A stretch of 63,337 nucleotides of DNA, counting the filler, from Octopus bimaculoides (Eukaryota), in NCBI RefSeq assembly GCF_001194135.2. It is 3 parts of 3 records of this genome, joined end to end, with 100 filler letters (N's around TTAATTAATTAA, not from the genome) between each part and the next. Parts side by side here need not be neighbours in the genome. Positions count along the whole stretch, not along the records: positions 31,961 to 62,189 come from NC_068989.1; 2 more parts are not named here. One strand, written 5' to 3'. How positions within the stretch are numbered: the stretch's first letter is position 1; every line of letters starts with the position of its first letter. Shown here one piece after another: positions 41,428-52,828 of this stretch. The notes below the pieces were generated by a model. It was not told the DNA's origin and ran no database searches. It saw only the letters and a list, made by a program, of their open reading frames with translations. A program made the position numbers and the translations under genes.

Positions 41428-41527
41428 GACGAGCTTCTTTCAAGTTCTGTCTGCCAAGCCAAATCCACTCACAAGGCTTTGGTCGGCCCAAGGCTATAGT
41501 AGAAGACAGTTACTCAAGGTGCCATGC
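41428..41527 (-). mobile_element. SINE family B, partial
   Basis: ccaaatccactcacaaggctttggtcggcccaaggctatagtagaagac. Confidence 0.8.
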
Positions 41528-41606
41528 AACATATATATATAGGGAGAATTCACAAAAAAAAACAAAAGATGAAGATGGGTGGTGTAGACAACAAACAGAT
41601 GTATTA

Positions 41607-41667
41607 GTTTAACGCTCGGAAAGTGAAAAAGGCTTTAACGTTTCGAGTCTACGCTCTTCCACAGAAA
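41607..41667 (-). ncRNA. Variant hammerhead-like motif in Penelope terminus
   Basis: CUUU-CUGUGGA-A-GAGC/GUAG/ACUC-GAAA-CG-UU-AAAG; A6>U in the core and one stem II mismatch. Confidence 0.45.
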
Positions 41668-42420
41668 GGAACACAGAAAGAAACATGGAGAGAAAATAAA
41701 GAATTCTTTTCTTTGTTCTTAGGTTCATGTGGTCGTACAGGGTAGACAGCTGTCGCCGCTATGTCTAGTGACTGTTGTTATGGCCTATTCACCCACATCA
41801 ACTCATTGCATTTGTTGCTACCCAGGATAGAGTGTGATATTGCCGCGGGTTAGTGGAGAACTAACACTATACCGGCGAGAGTCTCTCAATGGGAGTAGCC
41901 GGATTTAATTGTGCAAAATTAAAATTTGGTGGTGCTACGTTGAATTTATATGAGTGGCAGAGGTTAAGTACTTTGCTCTTGAATTTGGAGCAAAGAAGTC
42001 TAAGGTGACATATTTGAATTGTCGGCTGTCAATGTCATAAAGTTCGATAAAAGGCATGCCCTTGTCACAACAAAGAGAGAGTTCGTTCTTCCGGTTGATG
42101 GAAGTCCATTCTTTCTGTTGGCAGAGTCTGTTCAGTCTTTCACGGAGGTAGAATTGTCAATTACGAGTTTCAGATGAGTGCGGAGTAATTCTGTCAATGA
42201 TATTCCATTTTATAATGAGGATCTCGTTCCGATGATAAAACTGGACAAGGAAGTAGAGTTTTTCCTATCCCAGCACTTGAAGGAGTGCATGCGCTGTGCA
42301 TACCTGTTCTTGAATTTATTGGCTAACATGCCTACGTAGTATTTTGTAATGGCATTGGATGGCATGAGAATGTCCTGATGGACCACAGCCCTTGAAAACA
42401 GAAATCACCCACCCCAATGG

Positions 42421-42632
42421 TGGGGTGACAAACACAGACACACAAATATATATATATATATATATATGCGATGAACTTCTTTCAGTTTCAATCTACCAAA
42501 TCCATTCAAAAGGCTTTAGTCTGCCCAAGGCTATAGTAGAAGGCACCTACGCAAGGTGGCACGCAGTGGGACTGAACCCGGAACCATTTGGTTGGAAAGC
42601 AAGCTTCTTACTATACAGCCACTCCTGCGCCT
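42421..42632 (-). mobile_element. SINE family B nested in the Penelope element
   Basis: ggctatagtagaaggcacc...ggactgaacccggaacc...cagccactcctgcgcct interrupts the RT-endonuclease linker. Confidence 0.85.
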
Positions 42633-43566
42633 GCACCAAACACTATACACATTTTCAACATTGGGCTTCTTGTAAGGGTAGTACATATCTGTCTTCAGTT
42701 CTATGGGTTGGTCCAGAAAGTTGACCTTTGTCAAATTGGTAGTGACCGTTATAGACAGGCCGAATTCTTTGAAGATCTTTAGCAGACTATTCCTGAACTT
42801 GTTCATGGTATGACCGCTCATATGGCTTTAAATTGCCTGGCCTTCGTCTCTGTAGAGAGCCGAGCTATGGAAGTGTATGAGTGTACTTACTTGGTTTGTC
42901 CAGGATAAATAATCCGAGGAGACCAGCGATCTCAGCACAGTCTAAGTGCCCAGTAAAAGAGTCGAATAGTGACTTGCCTTCCTTCTTCACTGAGGTCGAA
43001 TCATCTTAAGCCAAGATTGACATTCTAGCACATATGATGATTGTGATATCAAGGTCGCCGATATAGGCGAATTGCCTACCAAATTCTAAAGTCTTAAGGA
43101 GCGGGGAGTTCAATGCTGAAGGGCAGAAATATATAATATTAAAGTGGGTGAATCTGCAGACTGTTTTATTCTCAGTACCGCAGAACTATTCAGTTCCTGT
43201 GGTGTTGTATTCCCATTGCATCATCTATATAACTGTACTAATCGGAGTTTATAGTATCGAAAATAAGCTCATTTACTATTCCTATTTTGCTCTTAGAGCG
43301 ATTAACCAAACTGCTTTTAGGATTAGAAAATAATTTGCGATTAAGATTCTTAAGCATTATACACGAAAAACGCGTGACAAAGCCTTTTTATTTTTAAGAA
43401 TCCGTGCACAAGGAAACCTGCAGACAAGTTCAGCTTTAAATACTGAAAGAGCCCAAATTTACTTTTGAGAACTTTGAAGCTGACTTTATCAACATAAGAA
43501 AGAAGGTAAGATTTACGCACCATTCTAACCCATTCCTATATTATTATTATTATTATTATTGAATCA

Positions 43567-43728
43567 GACGTCTGACTTTACGTTCTGAGTTCAAATTTCA
43601 ATGACGTCGACTTTGGCTCTTATCCTTTGGGGGTCAACAAATTAAGTACCAGTCGCGTACTGGGGTCGATCTAATTGACTGGCAACCTCCCCAAAAATTT
43701 CGGGCCTTGAGTAGAAAAGATTATTATT
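43567..43728 (+). mobile_element. SINE family A, sense orientation, ending in (ATT)n
   Basis: gttctgagttcaaattt...cctttgggggtcaacaaattaagtaccagtc...gagtagaaaagattattatt. Confidence 0.85.
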
Positions 43729-44304
43729 GAGTGAGAGAGCAGCGCATGCCATGAAAGCGACACTGGGTTACGAATATACGAAACCTAATATACCCATCAT
43801 AACTACCCGTCTGATAAGGGTACACCAGGCACATGCTTCACAACGATATGTGCGTGACATAGTGATTTCATATAAAGATACACAGCGCATAAATTGTTCT
43901 TAGTGCTTGCTCTTGGGCAGCACAGCAGGTGGGGCCCAATTAGAATTTTTTTCAGGTCCCACTTAAGAGGTCCCTGAATAAGGTTTGTTTTAAGGATGAT
44001 GAACCAAACACAAATGTTTCCAGAGGTGAATTCTTCAAACTCCAATGAATTCTTCTCAATACATGGCTATGATGCTCTCCCACTACTTCTGCTCGTGATC
44101 AGAGATGCACATATCGTCAGCCTCTGAAGGACATGCTCAACTAGTTAAGGTCAAACAACTGACAAGCAAATATGTAGTATTGAGCAGAATATTTGTTGTA
44201 GCCTATCTTTTATCCCAAGACAAAACGATATACATCATAACACTTCCAATGAGTTAAGATCAAAAGCCACGAGAACGACTGCCTGGTACAGCATCGGGGC
44301 ATTT
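43729..44304. mobile_element. Unclassified interspersed repeat
   Basis: ~575-bp complex segment bounded by an ATT tail and (ATC)n. It resembles a repeat I recall from Octopus DNA, but it is single copy here, so this is unverified. Confidence 0.35.
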
Positions 44305-44931
44305 ATCATCATCATCATCATCATCCTTGGTGTTGTTGTTGTTGTTGTTATTTTTCTTATTCATCCAACCCAAAGTATATTTAACGATATAGACTTATCA
44401 TAAAATTCGTTCCAGCTGTGAATATTTCTCTCAGACTGTCTTTAACTAATGTCAGCTTTACTTTGAGCTAGATATAATTACCTTTTCTAAATTATCGAGG
44501 GACCACTTAAAGATTCCCTTTTTGGTTCGTCTTTGTAAGCATTTTGTCGCTTTGCTGGAATACTGAGATATATTTCAAAACAAAAAGTGATTTAGATAAG
44601 TAAATATGGTACTCCACAGCTGATCAATTTGGATATTTTACGAGTGTCGACAGTACGTGACTATTTTAGTAAAATCAGTTTGCTAACAAACAATATACCA
44701 TCATGTGACAGCGCATGAGAGCGTATGCAATGACTGGTTACCATAGTTACCGCCAAGTGAAAATATAAAGAAAGAAGTGTCATGAAACATTATCAGATGA
44801 CAAAATTAGAGAATGTTTTTACGCATTTAAATGAAACTATTAAAACAGAAAATGGCGTCATATTTACACCGACACAAAACTGATCACTTACTCCATGTTA
44901 CCGTCCTATATTTTTGTAATAGTGAAGGATA

Positions 44932-44994
<63 letters not shown>

Positions 44995-45374
44995 CAGTCC
45001 GACAATGGATTAACCTGTCAAACATCGAAGTCACTGTCAATAATACTCTTACTTAAATTTGTACTCTACAAAAGTATTGAGTAACCTTTCAGAATGTGGT
45101 AAAATTGTTTTTATTATAACTGAGTATTCAAGGCGGGGATGCGTAGTGTTCAGTAATGCCATAAATTAAAAATGCATTAAATACTACCACACATACACGT
45201 AGGACAGACATTAGAACCATGATATTTCATCAGTTATCCACTGAAAAATACTAATACCTAGTTTCATGTCTTTAACGATAAGACTAGGAACTTCGCATAT
45301 CGGCAGCACCCGGCTCGAGCAAACAAAATAATACAGGGTGGATGTACGAAAGTAAACAACAGTAATTTAAGCCT

Positions 45375-45408
<34 letters not shown>

Positions 45409-45603
45409 ATAATACAAAGAATATATATACATGTATACACACATATATGTACATACTTACATCTACATGTGTATATACATGCATATCAGGGTACAGGACG
45501 TTAGAACAATAGACTACAGACAACGGAACGAACACATAGGAAAACGGAAAGCCCCTTGGAATATCCCTTCATCAGCTGTCTCTATTCTATCTAGACGTTT
45601 CGA

Positions 45604-45652
<49 letters not shown>

Positions 45653-45661
45653 CATATATAT

Positions 45662-45696
<35 letters not shown>

Positions 45697-45861
45697 TATA
45701 TATACACACACGCATTTTGCAGGATTGATCAGAAAAGTGCTTTGCATCTTTATTGTATTTCTATATTTTCTGGGTTCATCCTTTCGATCAAACGATACGG
45801 TTTATAGTGTTGACTAGCTATTTCCCCTTACAATTGCTGGCCTAGTAGCAGAATAAGAAAC

Positions 45862-45906
<45 letters not shown>

Positions 45907-45907
45907 G

Positions 45908-45940
<33 letters not shown>

Positions 45941-46780
45941 GCCTTTGCAGAGCTTCTAACGCTGGAGATGTACTACGGTGTCAGCTGTTGACTACCAGTG
46001 AACTAAGGTAACACACCTTGTTTTTCGAGCGTCTTCCGGAGTATTCGAGTGGTTACAAGCAGTGCTGTTTTCTGCAAGTGCTCCACCCTTATTGCAGCCC
46101 CTATTTGTTCCCTGTACTTCTCAAGATTTTTAGTCACTGGTCCCAGGGCTCCGACAATTATTGTTACTACTACCACCTTTTTCATCGACCACAACTGCTT
46201 CACTTCCCAAGCTAACTTGTCATATCTCTCAACATTACTTTCTTCCTTATCGCATACCTTGTCAGCTGGGCATGCTATATTTATGATCCAGTATAGTTTG
46301 TTTTCTTTCTCAATTAAGACTATGTCTGGCTTCCTATTCTCTATCTCATGGTCGCACTGAATCATAGAATCCCATAGGATCTTTGCATTTCTATTTTCGA
46401 AGATGCATTCAGGTTTGTGGTCGTACCAATTTTTGCTCTATCAAATCAATACTTGTGGCAAAGTGTCCAATGGACAAGCCTTGCTATACTGTCGTAGCGT
46501 CTCTTATATTCCTTCTGGGCTAGTCGCGTATATTGACTGTCAATATGCAATACGATTTCACCATTTTGTCCTCAAATTCTGCACTTATCACTTTCTGATG
46601 TGTTGTCTATTCTCTATTTTATGTAAATTGTTCTTAGTGCTTGCTCTTGGGCATCACAGATTAGAGTCTCCGTTTCTGGTTTTAAATCACTTTTAGTCAT
46701 TACTCCTGCTCGATATTTAAGGAGTGAAACCGCCCAGGTGCTGATAGCTTCGATCTTATTCTGTCCGTTTCATTTCGACA
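45862..46780 (-). mobile_element. R4/Dong-type LINE with internal deletion and (AAT)n tail
   Basis: NKIEAISTWAVSLLKYRAGV|MTKSDLKPETETLICDAQEQALRT...DKCRI...ILWDSMIQCDHEIENRKPDIVLIEKE...IACPAD...IIVGALG...LQKTALLVTTRILRK; tail 45862-45940. Confidence 0.92.
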
Positions 46781-47449
46781 TTCTACATCCTTTGAGATTT
46801 CGATAGCACTGTAGTTGCCATAGCGATGTGGGTTGTTGTTCATCGGACGGTGTATACAGTCGTATGTTCCATAAATTTGTTGTAATAATAGTTGCGAAGT
46901 TTGGTGAGGAAAACAAATAGCTCCTGTGTGCAACGGATTAGGATAATGAAAATGAGCACAACCAAATAACATTGCTTTTGATGTTGAACAGACAAGTTCT
47001 CGCACTTTCAAATNNNNNNNNNNTATTATAATAGGTGTAGTAGAGAAGGCTTTTGAGTGGGGAACTATTTCTCTGTGTGTAGTGTAGAAGTTAAGAACAA
47101 AACGAGCAGCAAGCACAATAGCTTTATCACCAGGAGCCGTCTCTCTGAATGATTAATGAGCTGAAATATTCTTTATATGCAGTAAATAGCATTTTTGCCA
47201 ATTGAAAGTCGAGAGCGATTGCACGCTGAGTTGTGCAAGGAATATTCTTTCCCACTGTTTGTCTTGCAGACATTCTATTTCTATGTAATTGTAACTTATT
47301 CGCTATGGTCACATGTACGTTGTGTAGACAGTATTATTCGTCGGCTTTGTTGTCAAATTACTACTCGTTGGTTTCAAGGATGTAGACAAACATGTTCAAG
47401 GATGTTGATATTAGTCACTTGTGTAATTCAGGGGTAGAGATTGTTGTGT

Positions 47450-47695
47450 AGTAAGAATACATGATTGTATTGCTTTAAGTAAACGATAGGTAAATGAAGT
47501 AGGTTTAGAGATTAGAAAACGTCGAAATATGCTTTCAGAATTAGAGTATTGACCAGATATAATGGTAGAGAAATATGCTATTTGATACAAATGATTCAGA
47601 ATGGAAATGAGTCTAAGTAGGCATTGTTGGCGCGGAAAGAGTTCGAAAATGGGAGAAGTTGTATGCATTGAAATCAACAAGGATAATACCTCAGA
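47450..47695 (-). mobile_element. Possible APE-type endonuclease remnant
   Basis: GIILVDFNAY resembles the APE GDFNA motif; downstream SESIFRRFLISK resembles the D-R/Y-I motif. Weak. Confidence 0.25.
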
Positions 47696-48845
47696 TAAAG
47701 TTGCGCTTACACACACACACACGCACACACACACACGTGTGTATGTGTCCTAGATGTAGGACAAGAGATAGTTTGATGAGTTAGGAGTGCGTGTCAGATG
47801 CCATGTAAGTATAGACAAAAGAGAAAAAGAGCTTGGAAACCCAAAAAGAAAACAGGAACCAGTCTTGCTAAATATCACATGATTATAAAGATTTGCTTTT
47901 GAAATTTTATCTTATATATCAAAAGAAAAAAAATTTCATGAGAAGAATGATAAAAGAAAACTCAGAGCCTAGAAGGAACTGCGGAACATTGTGGTTAAGC
48001 ATCGTATGGTAATGCAAGTGAGTTGCTGAGATTTCCCTTCAAATTGTAGAAGAAACTGATAATACATAGGTTTCATTAGAGAAATGAAAAAGAGAGATTT
48101 GGAACTGGAAGCTTTGTTGCCAAACATCAGAAGATAATGAAAGTGAGCTTCTCATATTTTCTCTCTCATAATCGACTTTAATGGAAGTGATAATATTCAG
48201 GCTTTATAACAGAAATGTGATAGAGTGACTTGGAACTTGAAGAAGAAAAAAAAAACACAATCACATAGAACTTCGTTGCTATACAAGACATATGTGATAA
48301 AGGTGAGCTCATAAGATTTTTTTTCTCTCGCATAATAGAAGAACGTGATAGCATACAGGTATCAAAAAAATTTCAGCGATCTCTTAGGGCAGGCTATAGA
48401 ATTAAAAAGTAAAGCATGAAGAGAGAAGCAAAGACAAATCAAAAAGCTGCTTTCCTGTTGGGTTCCCCACCATCCCCACCACTACCACCATATCACTGTC
48501 ACATGCTTTAAGTGCTGTAGGTACGACGTTGCTATGTTACATCATCTCCACAAAGAGAATAAATAAGAGGCAATTGTGAGTAGTAACTTGCGAGTCGGTG
48601 TATGAAGTAGAGAAGGCATTAGTTATTACATATGGCAGGCAAAAATCAATAATGTGCAATTAAATTTAAATAGATTTAATCATATAATAAGTTGAGTTGA
48701 TAAGCTATAGTCAGTTCAATCCAGAGATTTATCTTGAGGCATTTCACACTATCGTATGATTTGATGAGAAACTAATTCGATTGTCTTATCAAAACTTACC
48801 AAAAATATTCTCATAACCTATTAACATTGTAACAGCTGCTCCTAG

Positions 48846-49107
48846 TGTCATCGTCGTCGTCGTCGTTGTTGACGATGATGATGATGATGATAATGATGAT
48901 GATGATTATGATGATGATGATGATGACGAGGATGATGATGATGATAATGATGATGATGGTGGTGATGATGATGATGATGACGATAGTGATAGTGATAGTA
49001 ATTGTGGTGGTGGTGGTGGTGGTGGTGGTGGTGGTAGCGTGAAGGCGGAGGACGACGTTGATCGTGACGATGATAATGTAAAAAAAAAAAGTTCAGACAA
49101 TCTTAAG

Positions 49108-49140
<33 letters not shown>

Positions 49141-49620
49141 CCATCATCGCCATTGTCGTCNNNNNNNNNNNNNNNNNNNNNNNNNNNNNNNNNNNNNNNN
49201 NNNNNNNNNNNNNNNNNNNNNNNNNNNNNNNNNNNNNNNNNNNNNNNNNNNNNNNNNNNNNNNNNNNNNNNNNNNNNNNNNNNNNNNNNCTTCATCATCC
49301 TCACACCACCACCAACACCACCACCACCAACACCACCACCACCACGATTATCATCATCATCGTCGTCGTCGTCGTGATCAACACCGTCGTTGTCTTGTCG
49401 TTGTCGTCATCATCGTCATCATCGTCTTCACCATCGTACTTTCTTTCTTTCTTTCTTTCTCTACATTATTATTGTTGTTGCCACTCTTGTTGCTGTTGCT
49501 GTTGTTGTTGTTGTTGTTGCTGCTGCTGTTCAGCTTATTTTATTTGAATCGTTATAGGTTATTTTAATCATTATGTTTCTGCTGTTGTTGTTGTTGTTTT
49601 TATCACGACAGTCGTTTTGA
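48846..49620. repeat. Low-complexity triplet arrays (GTC/GAT/GGT/TCA/CCA/GTT) around a gap
   Basis: Directly visible. Confidence 0.9.
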
Positions 49621-50859
49621 TAATGATTATATTGGTTGGGCTGTGTATGGAATAATGTTTGTTGCAAATGATAACACGATAGCCGTAGTTTGGGTTGTTA
49701 ATTTTTAATGGTGGTGGAAATAATAATACTAGTGCCGTTGATGCTGCATTCTTAGTCAAAACAGGGACAGAACCCAAAATCATTTATTTTATCTTATAGT
49801 GGCAAGGTGAGGTAGCGGTCATAACCTCTTGTACAGGATTTCCGGGATAAGTGGGACAAAGGAAAATACCCTCCAAACACAGACCAAGTCTGAATGCTTG
49901 TAACAGAAACGGCTTCTGGAAAGTCGCTCAAAGCAAAGACGTGGTCTTCAAAGGGCGATGGATTAATTCTGTCACCTGGTCAAGCTATGATTTCAGAACG
50001 CAAAGACGGGAAGCAATTACTGCAACGTATTCGGTTCAGCATCCATGCATTATCACCAATCCAGCACCCTGAGCTTTATATACTTCGAAAAGATACAGAT
50101 GGGAATTGATCTCTAAGAGTCGAGTCAAAACAAATACTGCTACGCATTCTATCGAATGCTCTACCGACTCTGTAAGTTCGCCTCCACTTTCTACCACAAG
50201 CGGCAACACTGACGCTTTCACATTGACCAATAGCTTCACCATCACCCACAGTAACATTGACAATAACAGCAACAACACCACTGCTACCACCATTACTACA
50301 ATCATCGTAACTACTACTATGACCATCATTATTTAAACCTTGTATAGGGACACTACCTAATTTATCAAAAATATCACGAAAGCACCATGAAGGACTCTTT
50401 GAATGTTAGCTACAGATTTACTAGCAAGCGCAAGAATCTGAATTGTAGAATCCACAGCATAACGTACAGGAATATTTTTTTTATCATATCATCATCCTGA
50501 ATACAGTAGTTCTAGCATTACCTTCTGCACATATGACACAAAGCCTCCCAAAGAATTGGTTTAAATTGCTAAAGTGAAGTTCGAAGAAACAGAAAACGAA
50601 ATTAGGCTTCATGAAATGGAATTTTAAGAGTAGGTACACACAACATACTTATTCCACAGGTAACTGAAGAAACCAAACGCCATTTCTCTACTTTAGCGTG
50701 CCTGGAGATTGAAAGAGGGAGACACCATAAATTTACTGTTTCCATAAACTTATAAAGATACTATGGTCAGTGATCAAATTTGCAATGTCAAATTGTAGGT
50801 GGCTTAGATTGTGGGGCTTGTGTACCGATGAAGTTTTGGATTCAAGTCTCCATTTGTTG

Positions 50860-51290
50860 AATTCTGGGAATAAACTCAATTTCATTGTCAAATGCAATTT
50901 TAATCTTTGGATCGATAAAATAAATACCAGTTGAGCACTGCGGTCGATTTAATAAACTTCCTCCCTCCCCAAACTTGTACACTAAGGTCGATATAATCGA
51001 GTACTCAAAATTTCACACGTTGTGCCTATATCTGAAGCAATTTCTTCTTTTTTTTTTATTTTGGTGGAATTAAAACGCCGAGCAAGCAGAATCGTTAGCA
51101 AGCCGGGCAAAAATGCCTAGGGGCCTTTCATCTGTCTTTATGTTCTGAGTTGAAATGCTGCTACAGTTGACTTTGACTTTCATCCGTTCGGAGTCAATGA
51201 AATAAGTACCAGTTGAGCACTGGGATTGATCTAATAGACTTAACACCTCCCTCGAAATTACTGTTCTTGTGCCAAAATTTCAAACCAATA
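50860..51290 (+). mobile_element. Two tandem SINE family A copies, sense orientation
   Basis: gataaaataaataccagttgagcactg (~50915-50940) and the fuller copy at 51073-51290 (gcagaatcgttagca...aataagtaccagttgagcactggg...gtgccaaaatttcaaaccaa). Confidence 0.75.
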
Positions 51291-52193
51291 GTTTCTGTGG
51301 AATTTATTTAAAACTATTTCATGGTATTGAAATTTCTTTAAAGTACGATATACTACTTAGTTAGACTTCTACTAACCTGCAATTTGGAATCAACGATTCT
51401 ATGTAAAATATGAGTTATTCAANNNNNNNNNNNNNNNNNNNNNNNNNNNNNNNNNNNNNNNNNNNNNNNNNNNNNNNNNNNNNNNNNNNNNNNNNNNNNN
51501 NNNNNNNNNNNNNNNNNNNTATATATATATATATATATATATATATTTCTCCAATAAAATATTTTTCTCACAATGTTACCTTTCTTTTCTTCTTATACTC
51601 ACACCCACTCTCACTTCTCCATTCTCATTTAAACATCCTACATGTTATATGAGTTTATCTTTCTCCCCTCGTAAATTTTTATACATTTACATCCTCTTCC
51701 CAACCTTTCTTCTTTCTTTTTACATTCGATCTTTGTCTTGCATATTCCCTATAAATATACGCTTTATCTATTATGCTGTGGTATTTAATCTATCAAAAAA
51801 TTAGCTGAAGTCAGCGAACATTCTACAATGCGCAAATTTATATGCAATGTATTTATTCCTGCTTTTTCTTCTATTACTTCTTCTATTTCACCAATCTTTT
51901 CATTGTTGCTTTTTACATTTTCCACACTGTACATTTCTTTGCACTTTATTCTTGTTCTTCTCGTTCTGTCTCAGCCGTACTAAATCCATTTACATGCTTC
52001 TTCTCACAGTTATCATAATATATCACACAAACACATATTTTCACACCAAAATACCTTATTAATCATCTTCTTTAAGCATTTTAAATGATAAAGTTTATAA
52101 AAGTATTTTAGAATATATATATATATATAAATATATTAATGATTATGTCTGTGTGTACGCATGCATGTATGTTCATATATATGTATGTACATA

Positions 52194-52233
52194 CATATAT
52201 AAATAGAGTAACACATATATAAATAGAGTAACA
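52194..52233. repeat. Perfect 20-bp tandem duplication
   Basis: catatataaatagagtaaca x2. Confidence 0.95.
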
Positions 52234-52620
52234 CACATATATAAATACTGTAACTGCTGCATTTGTTGAGTATATATACAGTTTGGATGATTGGCTTCTC
52301 TGGAGACTGTCAGAATGATGTAGATGCCTCTGATAAGAACCCAATAAATTTCGAAAATCGATTAAGGTTGTTCATCATTTTTTCAGTCTGCGGAGAAATG
52401 GCTAAAACTTTGCCCTGTTTATAACTATACCATATGTTATATGTATACATCGGGAAACCATTATAACGTCTCGGATACCAACTGATAAGAAAGTCAGCTG
52501 TGAATATTCCTTGTATTGTGTTTTTGTCTCTCTTTTCTGTCCGTTATGTTTTCGCCTAGTTTTCATCTGTTTTCCCTTTCTCTGCCCTACTTTTGAGATA
52601 TATATATATATATATCTGTC

Positions 52621-52828
52621 ATCGTTTACTTGTTTCAGTCATTAGACTGCGACCAAGGTACACAGTCTTGAATTCTTGTAGTCGAATGAATCGACCCCAG
52701 TACTTACTTTTTAAAGCCCGGTTCTTATGCTATTGGTTTCTTTTGCCGAACCGCTATGTTACTGGGACGTAAACACACCAACAACGCTTGTCAAGCGGTA
52801 ATAGTGAGACAAACACAGACACAAAGAC
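52621..52828 (-). mobile_element. SINE family B, 3' half
   Basis: tttcttttgccgaaccgctatgttactgggacgtaaacacacc...gcttgtcaagc...acaaacacagacac. Confidence 0.8.

Larger units (their letters stand above)
41545..43112 (-). mobile_element. Penelope-like retroelement (RT + GIY-YIG + 3' terminal repeat), degraded and internally deleted
   Basis: LFDSFTGHLDCAEIAGLLGLFIL../LYRDEGQAI (42843-42854) ... LTKVNFLD..YPYKKPN; KYYVGMLANKFKNRYAQRMHSF...IIKWNII...INRKNELSLCC; hammerhead-like terminus at 41607-41667. Confidence 0.88.
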
